A stretch of 64,000 nt of DNA from Eledone cirrhosa (taxonomy: Eukaryota), in the NCBI GenBank assembly GCA_964016885.1, contig OZ024742.1, positions 378,448,001-378,512,000 of the forward strand, read 5' to 3'. How positions within the stretch are numbered: the stretch's first letter is position 1; every line of letters begins with the position of its first letter. Below are positions 1 through 12,229 of this stretch, one piece after another. Position numbers and translations under genes: made by a program. The notes below the pieces were generated by a model that was given only the letters and a program-made list of their open reading frames with translations, was not told the origin of the DNA and did not search any database.

Positions 1-2569
1 GGTCAGTTGTAGTCTATTGTAGCACTGAGCAGTCTATTGTATTAATGTTGTGGTCATTTGTAGTCTATTGTAGAACTGAGCAGTCTATTGTGTGGTCATT
101 TGTAGTCTATTGTAGCACTGAGCAGTCTGTTGTATTAATGTTGTGGTCAGTTGTAGTCTATTGTAGCACTGAGCAGTCTATTGTATTAATGTTGTGGTCA
201 TTTGTAGCTCTATTGTAGCACTGAGCAGTCTATTGTATTAATGTTGTGGTCATTTGTCGCTCTATTGTAGCACTGAGCATTGTATTGTATTAATGTTGTG
301 GTCATTTGTAATCTATTGTAGCACTGAGCAGTCTATTGTATTAGTGTTGTGGTCATTTGTAGCTCTATTGTAGCACTGAGCAGTCTATTGTATTAATGTT
401 GTGGTCAGTTGTAGTCTATTGTAGCACTGAGCAGTCTATTGTATTAATGTTGTGGTCATTTGTAGCTCTATTGTAGCACTGAGCAGTCTATTGTATTAAT
501 GTTGTGGTCATTTGTAGCTCTATTGTAGCACTGAGCATTGTATTGTATTAATGTTGTGGTCATTTGTAATCTATTGTAGCACTGAGCAGTCTATTGTATT
601 AATGTTGTGGTCATTTGTAGCTCTATTGTAGCACTGAGCAGTCTATTGTATTAATGTTGTGGTTATTTGTAGCTCTATTGTAGCACTGAGCAGTCTATTG
701 TATTAATGTTGTGGTCATTTGTAGTCTATTGTAGCACTGAGCAGTCTATTGTATTAGTGTTGTGGTCATTTGTAGCTCTATAGTAGCACTGAGCAGTCTA
801 TTGTATTAATGTTGTGGTCAGTTGTAGTCTATTGTAGCACTGAGCAGTCTATTGTATTAATGTTGTGGTCATTTGTAGCTCTATTGTAGCACTGAGCAGT
901 CTATTTTATTAATGTTGTGGTCAGTTGTAGTCTATTGTAGCACTGAGCAGTCTATTGTATTAATGTTGTGGTCATTTGTAGCTCTATTGTATCACTGAGC
1001 AGTCTATTGTATTAATGTTGTGGTCATTTGTAGCTCTATTGTAGCACTGAGCATTGTATTGTATCAATGTTGTGGTCATTTGTAGTCTATTGTAGCACTG
1101 AGCAGTCTATTGTATTAATGTTGTGGTCATTTGTAGCTCTATTGTAGCACTGAGCAGTCTATTGTATTAATGTTGTGGTCATTTGTAACTCTATTGTAGC
1201 ACTGAGCAGTCTATTGTATTAATATTGTGGTCATTTGTAGTCTATTGTAGCACTGAGCAGTCTATTGTATTAGTGTTGTGGTCATTTGTAGCTCTATAGT
1301 AGCACTGAGCAGTCTATTGTATTAAAGTTGTGGTCAGTTGTAGTCTATTGTAGCACTGAGCAGTCTATTGTATTAATGTTGTGGTCATTTGTAGCTCTAT
1401 TGTAGCACTGAGCAGTCTATTGTATTAATGTTGTGGTCCGTTGTAGTCTATTGTAGCACTGAGCAGTCTATTGTATTAATGTTGTGGTCATTTGTAGCTC
1501 TATTGTAGCACTGAGCAGTCTATTGTATTAATGTTGTGGTCATTTGTAGTCTATTGTAGCACTGAGCAGTCTATTGTATTAGTGTTGTGGTCATTTGTAG
1601 CTCTATAGTAGCACCGAGCAGTCTATTGTATTAATGTTGTGGTCAGTTGTAGACTATTGTAGCACTGAGCAGTCTATTGTATTAATGTTGTGGTCATTTG
1701 TAGCTCTATTGTAGCACTGAGCAGTCTATTATATTAATGTTGTGGTCATTTGTAGTCTATTGTAGCACTGAGCAGTCTATTGTATTAGTGTTGTGGTCAT
1801 TTGTAGCTCTATTGTAGCACTAGGCAGTCTATTGTATTAATGTTGTGGTCAGTTGTAGTCTATTGTAGCACTGAGCAGTCTATTGTATTAATGTTGTGGT
1901 CATTTTCAGCTCTATTGTAGCACTGAGCAGTCTATTGTATTAATGTTGTGGTCATTTGTAGCTCTATTGTAGCACTGAGCATTGTATTGTATTAATGTTG
2001 TGGTCATTTGTAATCTATTGTAGCACTGAGCAGTCTATTGTATTAATGTTGTGGTCATTTGTAGCTCTATTGTAGCACTGAGCAGTCTATTGTATTAATG
2101 TTGTGGTCATTTGTAGCTCTATTGTAGCACTGAGCAGTCTATTGTATTAATGTTGTGGTCATTTGTAGTCTATTGTAGCACTGCGCAGTCTATTGTATTA
2201 GTGTTGTGGTCATTTGTAGCTCTATAGTAGCACTGAGCAGTCTATTGTATTAATGTTGTGGTCAGTTGTAGTCTATTGTAGCACTGAGCACTCTATTGTA
2301 TTAATGTTGTGGTCATTTGTAGCTCTATTGTAGCACTGAGCAGTCTATTGTATTAATGTTGTGGTCAGTTGTAGTCTATTGTAGCACTGAGCAGTCTATT
2401 GTATTAATGTTGTGGTCATTTGTAGCTCTATTGTAGCACTGAGCAGTCTATTGTATTAATGTTGTGGTCATTTGTAGTCTATTGTAGCACTGAGCAGTCT
2501 ATTGTATTAGTGTTGTGGTCATTTGTAGCTCTATAGTAGCACTGAGCAGTCTATTGTATTAATGTTGTG

Positions 2570-5500
2570 GTCATTTGTAGCTCTATTGTAGCACTGAGCA
2601 TTGTATTGTATTAATGTTGTGGTCATTTGTTGTCTATTGTAGCACTGAGCAGTCTATTGTATTAATTTTGTGGTCATTTGTAGTCTATTGTAGAACTGAG
2701 CAGTCTATTGTATTAATGTCGTGGTCATTCCTAGTCTATTGTAGCACTGAGCAGTCTATTGTATTAATGTTGTGGTCATTTGTAGTCTATTGTAGCACTG
2801 AGCAGTCTATTGTATTAATGTTGTGGTCATTTGTAGCTCTATTGTAGCACTGAGCAGTCTATTATATTAATGTTGTGGTCATTTGTAGTCTATTGTAGCA
2901 CTGAGCAGTCTATTGTATTAGTGTTGTGGTCATTTGTAGCTCTATTGTAGCACTAGGCAGTCTATTGTATTAATGTTGTGGTCAGTTGTAGTCTATTGTC
3001 GCACTGAGCAGTCTATTGTATTAATGTTGTGGTCATTTGTAGCTCTATTGTAGCACTGAGCAGTCTATTGTATTTATCTTGTGGTCATTTGTAGCTCTAT
3101 TGTAGCACTGAGCATTGTATTGTATTAATGTTGTGGTCATTTGTAATCTATTGTAGCACTGAGCAGTCTATTGTATTAATGTTGTGGTCATTTGTAGCTC
3201 TATTGTAGCACTGAGCAGTCTATTGTATTAATGTTGTGGTCATTTGTAGTCTATTGTAGCAATGAGCAGTCTATTGTATTAGTGTTGTGGTCATTTGTAG
3301 CTCTATAGTAGCACTGAGCAGTCTATTGTATTAATGTTGTGGTCAGTTGTAGTCTATTGTAGCACTGAGCAGTCTATTGTATTAATGTTGTGGTCATTTG
3401 TAGCTCTATTGTAGCACTGAGCAGTCTATTGTATTAATGTTGTGGTCATTTGTAGTCTATTGTAGCACTGAGCAGTCTATTGTATTACTGTTGTGGTCAT
3501 TTGTAGCTCTATAGTAGCACTGAGCAGTCTATTGTATTAATGTTGTGGTCATTTGTAGCTCTATTGTAGCACTGAGCATTGTATTGTATTAATGTTGTGG
3601 TCATTTGTTGTCTATTGTAGCACTGAGCAGTCTATTGTATTAATTTTGTGGTCATTTGTAGTCTATTGTAGAACTGAGCAGTCTATTGTATTAATGTTGT
3701 GGTCATTCCTAGTCTATTGTAGCACTGAGCAGTCTATTGTATTAATGTTGTGGTCATTTGTAGTCTATTGTAGCACTGAGCAGTCTATTGTATTAATGTT
3801 GTGGTCATTTGTAGCTCTAGTGTAGCACTGAGCAGTCTATTATATTAATGTTGTGGTCATTTGTAGTCTATTGTAGCACTGAGCAGTCTATTGTATTAGT
3901 GTTGTGGTCATTTGTAGCTCTATTGTAGCACTGAGCAGTCTATTGTATTAATGTTGTGGTCAGTTGTAGTCTATTGTAGCACTGAGCAGTCTATTGTATT
4001 AATGTTGTGGTCATTTGTAGCTCTATTGTAGCACTGAGCAGTCTATTGTATTAAAGTTGTGGTCATTTGTAGCTCTATTGTAGCACTGAGCAGTCTATTG
4101 TATTAATGTTGTGGTCATTTGTAGTCTATTGTAGCACTGAGCAGTCTATTGTATTAATGTTGTGGTCATTTGTAGTCTATTGTAGAACTGAGCAGTCTAT
4201 TGTATTAATGTTGTGGTCATTTGTAGTCTATTGTAGCACTGAGCAGTCTGTTGTATTAATGTTGTGGTCAGTTGTAGTCTATTGTAACACTGAGCAGTCT
4301 ATTGTATTAATGTTGTGGTCATTTGTAGCTCTATTGTAGCACTGAGCAGTCTATTGTATTAATGTTGTGGTCATTTGTAGCTCTATTGTAGCACTGAGCA
4401 TTGTATTGTATTAATGTTGTGGTCATTTGTAATCTATTGTAGCACTGAGCAGTCTATTGTATTAGTGTTGTGGTCATTTGTAGCTCTATTGTAGCACTGA
4501 GCAGTCTATTGTATTAATGTTGTGGTCAGTTGTAGTCTATTGTAGCACTGAGCAGTCTATTGTATTAATGTTGTGGTCATTTGTAGCTCTATTGTAGCAC
4601 TGAGCAGTCTATTGTATTAATGTTGTGGTCATTTGTAGTCTATTGTAGCACTGAGCAGTCTATTGTATTAGTGTTGTGGTCATTTGTAGCTCTATAGTAG
4701 CACTGAGCAGTCTATTGTATTAATGTTGTGGTCAGTTGTAGTCTATTGTAGCACTGAGCAGTCTATTGTATTAATGTTGTGGTCATTTGTAGCTCTATTG
4801 TAGCACTGAGCAGTCTATTGTATTAATGTTGTGGTCATTTGTAGTCTATTGTAACACTGAGCAGTCTATTGTATTAGTGTTGTGGTCATTTGTAGCTCTA
4901 TAGTAGCACTGAGCAGTCTATTGTATTAATGTTGTGGTCATTTGTAGCTCTATTGTAGCACTGAGCATTGTATTGTATTAATGTTGTGGTCATTTGTTGT
5001 CTATTGTAGCACTGAGCAGTCTATTGTATTAATTTTGTGGTCATTTGTAGTCTATTGTAGAACTGAGCAGTCTATTGTATTAATGTTGTGGTCATTCCTA
5101 GTCTATTGTAGCACTGAGCAGTCTATTGTATTAATGTTGTCGTCATTTGTAGTCTATTGTAGCACTGAGCAGTCTATTGTATTAATGTTGTGGTCATTTG
5201 TAGCTCTATTGTAGCACTGAGCAGTCTATTATATTAATGTTGTGGTCATTTGTAGTCTATTGTAGCACTGAGCAGTCTATTGTATTAGTGTTGTGGTCAT
5301 TTGTAGCTCTATTGTAGCACTGAGCAGTCTATTGTATTAATGTTGTGGTCAGTTGTAGTCTATTGTAGCACTGAGCAGTCTATTGTATTAATGTTGTGGT
5401 CATTTGTAGCTCTATTGTAGCACTGAGCAGTCTATTGTATTAAAGTTGTGGTCATTTGTAGCTCTATTGTAGCACTGAGCAGTCTATTGTATTAATGTTG

Positions 5501-5760
5501 TGGTCATTTGTAGTCTATTGTAGCACTGAGCAGTCTATTGTATTAATGTTGTGGTCATTTGTAGTCTATTGTAGAACTGAGCAGTCTATTGTATTAATGT
5601 TGTGGTCATTTGTAGTCTATTGTAGCACTGAGCAGTCTGTTGTATTAATGTTGTGGTCAATTGTAGTCTATTGTAGCACTGAGCAGTCTATTGTATTAAT
5701 GTTGTGGTCATTTGTAGCTCTATTGTAGCACTGAGCATTGTATTGTATTAATGTTGTGGT
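2570..5760 (+). repeat. Nested higher-order duplications with offsets 978 bp (19 monomers) and 1389 bp (27 monomers)
   Basis: The rare variant series TTGTTGTC / AATTTTGTGG / TAGAACT / CATTCCTAG appears in the ORF blocks at 2614, 3592 and 4981. The ORF pair 4106/5495 is also offset by 1389. Confidence 0.85.
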
Positions 5761-6899
5761 CATTTGTAATCTATTGTAGCACTGAGCAGTCTATTGTATT
5801 AATGTTGTGGTCATTTGTAGCTCTATTGTAGCACTGAGCAGTCTATTGTATTAATGTTGTGGTTATTTGTAGCTCTATTGTAGCACTGAGCAGTCTATTG
5901 TATTAATGTTGTGGTCATTTGTAGTCTATTGTCGCACTGAGCAGTCTATTGTATTAGTGTTGTGGTCATTTGTAGCTCTATAGTAGCACCGAGCAGTCTA
6001 TTGTATTAATGTTGTGGTCATTTTCAGCTCTATTGTAGCACTGAGCAGTCTATTGTATTAATGTTGTGGTCATTTGTAGCTCTATTGTAGCACTGAGCAT
6101 TGTATTGTATTAATGTTGTGGTCATTTGTAATCTATTGTAGCACTGAGCAGTCTATTGTATTAATGGTGTGGTCATTTGTAGCTCTATTGTAGCACTGAG
6201 CAGTCTATTGTATTAGTGTTGTGGTCATTTGTAGCTCTATTGTAGCACTGAGCAGTCTATTGTATTAATGTTGTGGTCAGTTGTAGTCTATTGTAGCACT
6301 GAGCAGTCTATTGTATTAATGTTGTGGTCATTTGTAGCTCTATTGTAGCACTGAGCAGTCTATTGTATTAATGCTGTGGTCAGTTGTATTCTATTGTAGC
6401 ACTGAGCAGACTATTGTATTAATGTTGTGGTCATTTGTAATCTATTGTAGCACTGAGCAGTCTATTGTATTAATGAGGTGGTCATTTGTAGCTCTATTGT
6501 AGCACTGAGCAGTCTATTGTATTAATGTTGTGGTCATTTGTAGCTCTATTGTAGCACTGAGCAGTCTATTGTATTAATGTTGTGATCATTTGTAGTCTAT
6601 TGTAGCACTGAGCAGTCTATTGTATTAGTGTTGTGGTCATTTGTAGCTCTATAGTAGCACTGAGCAGTCTATTGTATTAATGTTGTGCTCAGTTGTAGTC
6701 TATTGTAGCACTGAGCAGTCTATTGTATTAATGTTGTGGTCATTTGTAGCTCTATTGTAGCACTGAGCAGTCTATTGTATTAATGTTGTGGTCATTTGTA
6801 GCTCTATTGTAGCACTGAGCAGTCTGTTGTATTAATGTTGTGGTCATTTGTAGTCTATTGTAGCACTGAGCAGTCTATTGTATTAATGTTGTGGTCATT

Positions 6900-9800
6900 T
6901 GTAGTCTATTGTAGCACTGAGCAGTGTATTGTATTAATGTTGTGGTCATTTGTAGCTCTATTGTAGCACTGAGTAGTGTATTGTATTAATGTTGTGTTCA
7001 TTTGTAGGCTATTGTAGCACTGACCAGTCTATTGTATTAATGTTGTGGTCATTTGTAGCTCTATTGTAGCACTGAGCTGTCTATTGTATTAATGTTGTGG
7101 TCATTTGTAGCTCTATTGTAGCACTGAGCAGTCTATTGTATTAATGTTGTGGTCATTTGTAGTCTATTGTAGCACTGAGCTGTCTATTGTATTAATGTTG
7201 TGGTCATTTGTAGCTCTATAGTAGCAATGAGCAGTCTATTGTATTAATGTTGTGGTCATTTGTAGTCTATTGTAGCACTGAGCAGTCTACTGTATTAATG
7301 TTGTGGTCATTTGTAGCTCTATTGTAGCACTGAGCAATCTATTGTATTAACGTTGTGGTCATTTGAAGTCTATTGTAGCACTGAGCAGTCTATTGTATTA
7401 ATGTTGTGGTCATTTGTAGTCTATTGTAGCACTGAGCAGTCTGTTGTATTAATGTTGTGGTCATTTGTAGCTCTATTGTAGCACTGAGCAGTCTATTGTA
7501 TTAATGTTGTGGTCATTTGTAGTGTATTGTAGCACTGAGCAGTCTGTTGTATTAATGTTGTGGTCATTTGTAGCTCTATTGTAGCACTGAGCACTTTATA
7601 GTATTAATGTTGTGGTCATTTGTAGTCTGTTATAGCACTGAGCAGTCTGTTGTATTACTGCTGTGGTCATTTGTAGCTCTATTGTAGCACTGAGTAGTCT
7701 ATTGTATTAATGTTGTGGTCATTTGTAGTCTATTGTAGCACTGAGCAGTCTATTGTATTAATGTTGTGGTCATTTGTAGCTCTATTGTAGCACTGTGCCG
7801 TGTATTGTATTAGTGTTGTGGTCATTTGTAGCTCTATTGTAGCACTGAGCAGTCTATTGTATTAATGTTGTGGTCAGTTGTATTCTATTGTAGCACTGAG
7901 CAGACTATTGTATTAATGTTGTGATCATTTGTAGTATATTGTAGTTCTGAGCAGTCTATTGTATTGATGTTGTGGTCATTTGTAGTCTATTGTAGCACTG
8001 AGCAGTCTATTGTATTAATGTTGTGGTCATTTGTAGTCTATTGTAGCACTGAGCAGTCTATTGTATTAATGTTGTGGTCATTTGTAGTCTATTGTAGCAC
8101 TGAGCAGTCTATTGTATTAATGTTGTGGTCATTTGTAGCTCTATTGTAGCACTGAGCAGTCTATTATATTAATGTTGTGGTCATTTGTAGTCTATTGTAG
8201 CACTGAGCAGTCTATTGTATTAGTGCTGTGGTCATTTGTCGCTCTATTGTAGCACTGAGCAGTCTATTGTATTAATGTTGTGGTCAGTTGTAGTCTATTG
8301 TAGCACTGAGCAGTCTATTGTATTAATGTTGTGGTCATTTGTAGCTCTATTGTAGCACTGAGCAGTCTATTGTATTAATGTTGTGGTCATTTGTAGCTCT
8401 ATTGTAGCACTGAGCAGTCTATTGTATTAATGTTGTGGTCATTTGTAGCTCTATTGTATCACTGAGCAGTCTATTGTATTATTGTTGTGGTCATTTGTAG
8501 CTCTATAGTAGCACTGAGCAGTCTATTGTATTAATGTTGTGCTCAGTTGTAGTCTATTGTAGCACTGAGCAGTCTATTGTATTAATGTTGTGGTCATTTG
8601 TAGCTCTATTGTAGCACTGAGCAGTCTATTGTATTAATGTTGTGGTCATTTGTAGTCTATTGTAGCACTAAGCAGTCTATTGTATTAGTGTTGTGGTCAT
8701 TTGTAGCTCAATAGTAGCACTGAGCAGTCTATTGTATTTATGTTGTGGTCATTTGTAGCTCTATTGTAGCACTGAACAGTCTATTGTATTAATGTTGTGG
8801 TCATTTGTAGTCTATTGTAGCACTGAGCAGTCTATTGTATTAATGTTGTGGTCATTTGTAGTCTATTGTAGCACTGAGCAGTCTATTTTATTAATGTTGT
8901 GGTCATTTGTAGTCTATTGTAGCACTGAGCATTGTATTGTATTAATGTTGTGGTCATTTGTAGTCTATTGTAGCACTGAGCAGTGTATTGTATTAATGTT
9001 GTGGTCATTTGTAGCTCTATTGTAGCACTGTGTAGTGTATTGTATTAATGTTGTGTTCATTTGTAGTCTATTGTAGCACTGACCAGTCTATTGTATTAAT
9101 GTTGTGGTCATTTGTAGCTCTATTGTAGCACTGAGCAGTCTATTGTATTAATGTTGTGGTCATTTGTAGCTCTATTGTAGCACTGAGCAGTCTATTGTAT
9201 TAATGTTGTGGTCATTTGTAGTCTATTGTAGCACTGAGCTGTCTATTGTATTAATGTTGTGGTCATTTGTAGCTCTATAGTAGCAATGAGCAGTCTATTT
9301 TATTAATGTTGTGGTAATTTGTAGTCTATTGTAGCACTGAGCAGTCTATTGTATTAATGTTGTGGTCATTTGTAGTACTATTGTAGCACTGAGCAGTGTA
9401 TTGTATTAATATTGTGGTCATTTGTAGTCTATTGTAGCACTGAGCAGTCTATTGTATTAATGTTGTGGTCATTTGTAGTACTATTGTAGCACTGAGCAGT
9501 GTATTGTATTAATATTGTGGTCATTTGTAGTCTATTGTAGCACTGAGCAGTCTATTGTATTAATGTTGTGGTCATTTGTAGTACTATTGTAGCACTGAGC
9601 AGTGTATTGTATTAATATTGTGGTCATTTGTAGTCTATTGTAGCACTGAGCAGTCTATTGTATTAATGTTGTGGTCATTTGTAGTCTATTGTAGCACTGA
9701 GCAGTCTACTGTATTAATGTTGTGGTCATTTGTAGCTCTATTGTAGCACTGAGCAATCTATTGTATTAACGTTGTGGTCATTTGAAGTCTATTGTAGCAC

Positions 9801-10640
9801 TGAGCAGTCTATTGTATTAATGTTGTGGTCATTTGTAGTCTATTGTAGCACTGAGCAGTCTGTTGTATTAATGTTGTGGTCATTTGTAGCTCTATTGTAG
9901 CACTGAGCACTTTATAGTATTAATGTTGTGGTCATTTGTAGTCTATTGTAGCACTGAGCAGTCTGTTGTATTACTGCTGTGGTCATTTGTAGCTCTATTG
10001 TAGCACTGAGTAGTCTATTGTATTAATGTTGTGGTCATTTGTAGCTCTATTGTAGCAATGTGCCGTGTATTGTATTAGTGTTGTGGTCATTTGTAGCTCT
10101 ATTGTAGCACTGAGCAGTCTATTGTATTAATGTTGTGGTCAGTTGTATTCTATTGTAGCACTGAGCAGACTATTGTATTAATGTTGTGATCATTTGTAGT
10201 ATATTGTAGTTCTGAGCAGTCTATTGTATTGATGTTGTGGTCATTTGTAGTCTATTGTAGCACTGAGCAGTCTATTGTATTAATGTTGTGGTCATTTGTA
10301 GTCTATTGTAGCACTGAGCAGTCTATTGTATTAATGTTGTGGTCATTTGTAGTCTATTGTAGCACTGAGCAGTCTATTGTATTAATGTTGTGGTCATTTG
10401 TAGCTCTATTGTAGCACTGAGCAGTCTATTATATCAATGTTGTGGTCATTTGTAGTCTATTGTAGCACTGAGCAGTCTATTGTATTAGTGCTGTGGTCAT
10501 TTGTCGCTCTATTGTAGCACTGAGCAGTCTATTGTATTAATGTTGTGGTCAGTTGTAGTCTATTGTAGCACTGAGCAGTCTATTGTATTAATGTTGTGGT
10601 CATTTGTAGCTCTATTGTAGCACTGAGCAGTCTATTGTAT
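6900..10640 (+). repeat. Imperfect ~2.1-2.3 kb higher-order duplication (offset 2265 bp in its distal part)
   Basis: ORFs 7964 and 10229 are identical and offset by 2265. Both copies share the ordered markers GTTCATT, GACCAG, GAGCTGTC, GCAATGAG, TTGAAG, CACTTTATAG, TTACTGCTG, TGTGCCGTG and GTGATCAT. Confidence 0.8.
9358..9666 (+). repeat. Local triplication of a 103-bp dimer (52+51)
   Basis: TAGTACTA at 9373, 9476 and 9579 (103-bp spacing), each followed by CAGTGTATTGTATTAATATTG. Confidence 0.9.
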
Positions 10641-12229
10641 TAATGTTGTGGTCATTTGTAGTCTATTGTAGCACTGAGCAGTCTATTGTATTAGTGTTGT
10701 GGTCATTTGTAGCTCTATAGTAGCACTGAGCAGTCTATTGTATTAATGTTGTGGTCAGTTGTATTCTATTGTAGCACTGAGCAGACTATTGTATTAATGT
10801 TGTGGTCATTTGTAGTATATTGTAATTCTGAGCAGTCTATTGTATTGATGTTGTGGTCATTTGTAGTCTATTGTAGCACTGAGCAGTCTATTGTATTAAT
10901 GTTGTGGTCATTTGTAGTCTATTGTAGCACTGAGCAGTCTATTGTATTAATGTTGTGGTCATTTGTAGCTCTATTGTAGCACTGAGCAGTCTATTATATT
11001 AATGTTGTGGTCATTTAGAGTCTATTGTAGCACTGAGCAGTCTATTGTATTAGTGTTGTGGTCATTTGTAGCTCTATTGTAGCACTGAGCAGTCTATTGT
11101 ATTAATGTTGTGGTCAGTTGTAGTCTATTGTAGCACTGAGCAGTCTATTGTATTAATGTTGTGGTCATTTGTAGCTCTATTGTAGCACTGAGCACTCTAT
11201 TGTATTAATGTTGTGGTCATTTGTAGCTCTATTGTAGCACTGAGCATTGTATTGTATTAATGTTGTGGTCATTTGTAGTCTATTGTAGCACTGAGCAGTC
11301 TATTTTATTAATGTTGTGGTCATTTGTAGCTCTATTGTAGCACTGAGCAGTCTATTGTATTAATGTTGTGGTCATTTGTAGCTCTATTGTAGCACTGAGC
11401 AGTCTATTGTATTAATGTTGTGGTCATTTGTAGTCTATTGTAGCACTGAGCAGTCTATTGTATTAGTGTTGTGGTCATTTGTAGCTCTATAGTAGCACTG
11501 AGCAGTCTATTGTATTAATGTTGTGGTCAGTTGTAGTCTATTGTAGCACTGAGCAGTCTATTGTATTAATGTTGTGGTCAGTTGTAGCTCTATTGTAGCA
11601 CTGAGCAGTCTATTGTATTAATGTCGTGGTCAATTGTATTCTATTGTAGCACTGAGCAGACTATTGTATTAATGTTGTGGTCATATGTAGTCTATTGTAG
11701 CACTGAGCAGTCTATTGTATTAGTGTTGTGGTCATTTGTAGTCTATTGTAGCACTGATCAGTCTATTGTATTAATGCTGTGGTCAGTTATATTCTATTGT
11801 AGCACTGAGCAGACTATTGTATTAATGTTGTGGTCATTTGTAGTCTATTGTAGCACTGAGCAGTCTATTTTATTAATGATGTGGTCATTTGTAGCTCTAT
11901 TGTAGCACTGAGTATTGTATTGTATTAATGTTGTGGTCATTTGTAGTCTATTGTAGCACTGAGCAGTCTCTTGTATTAATGTTGTGGTCATTTGTAGTTC
12001 TATTGTAGCACTGAGCAGTCTATTGTATTAATGTTGTGGTCATTTGTAGTCTATTGTAGCACTGAGCAGTCTATTGTATTAATGTTGTGGTCATTTGTAG
12101 TCTATTGTAGCACTGAGCAGTGTATTGTATTAATATTGTGGTCATTTGTAGCTCTATTGTAGCACTGAGCATTGTATTGTATTTATGTTGTGGTCATTTG
12201 TAGTCTATTGTAGCACTGAGCAGTCTATT

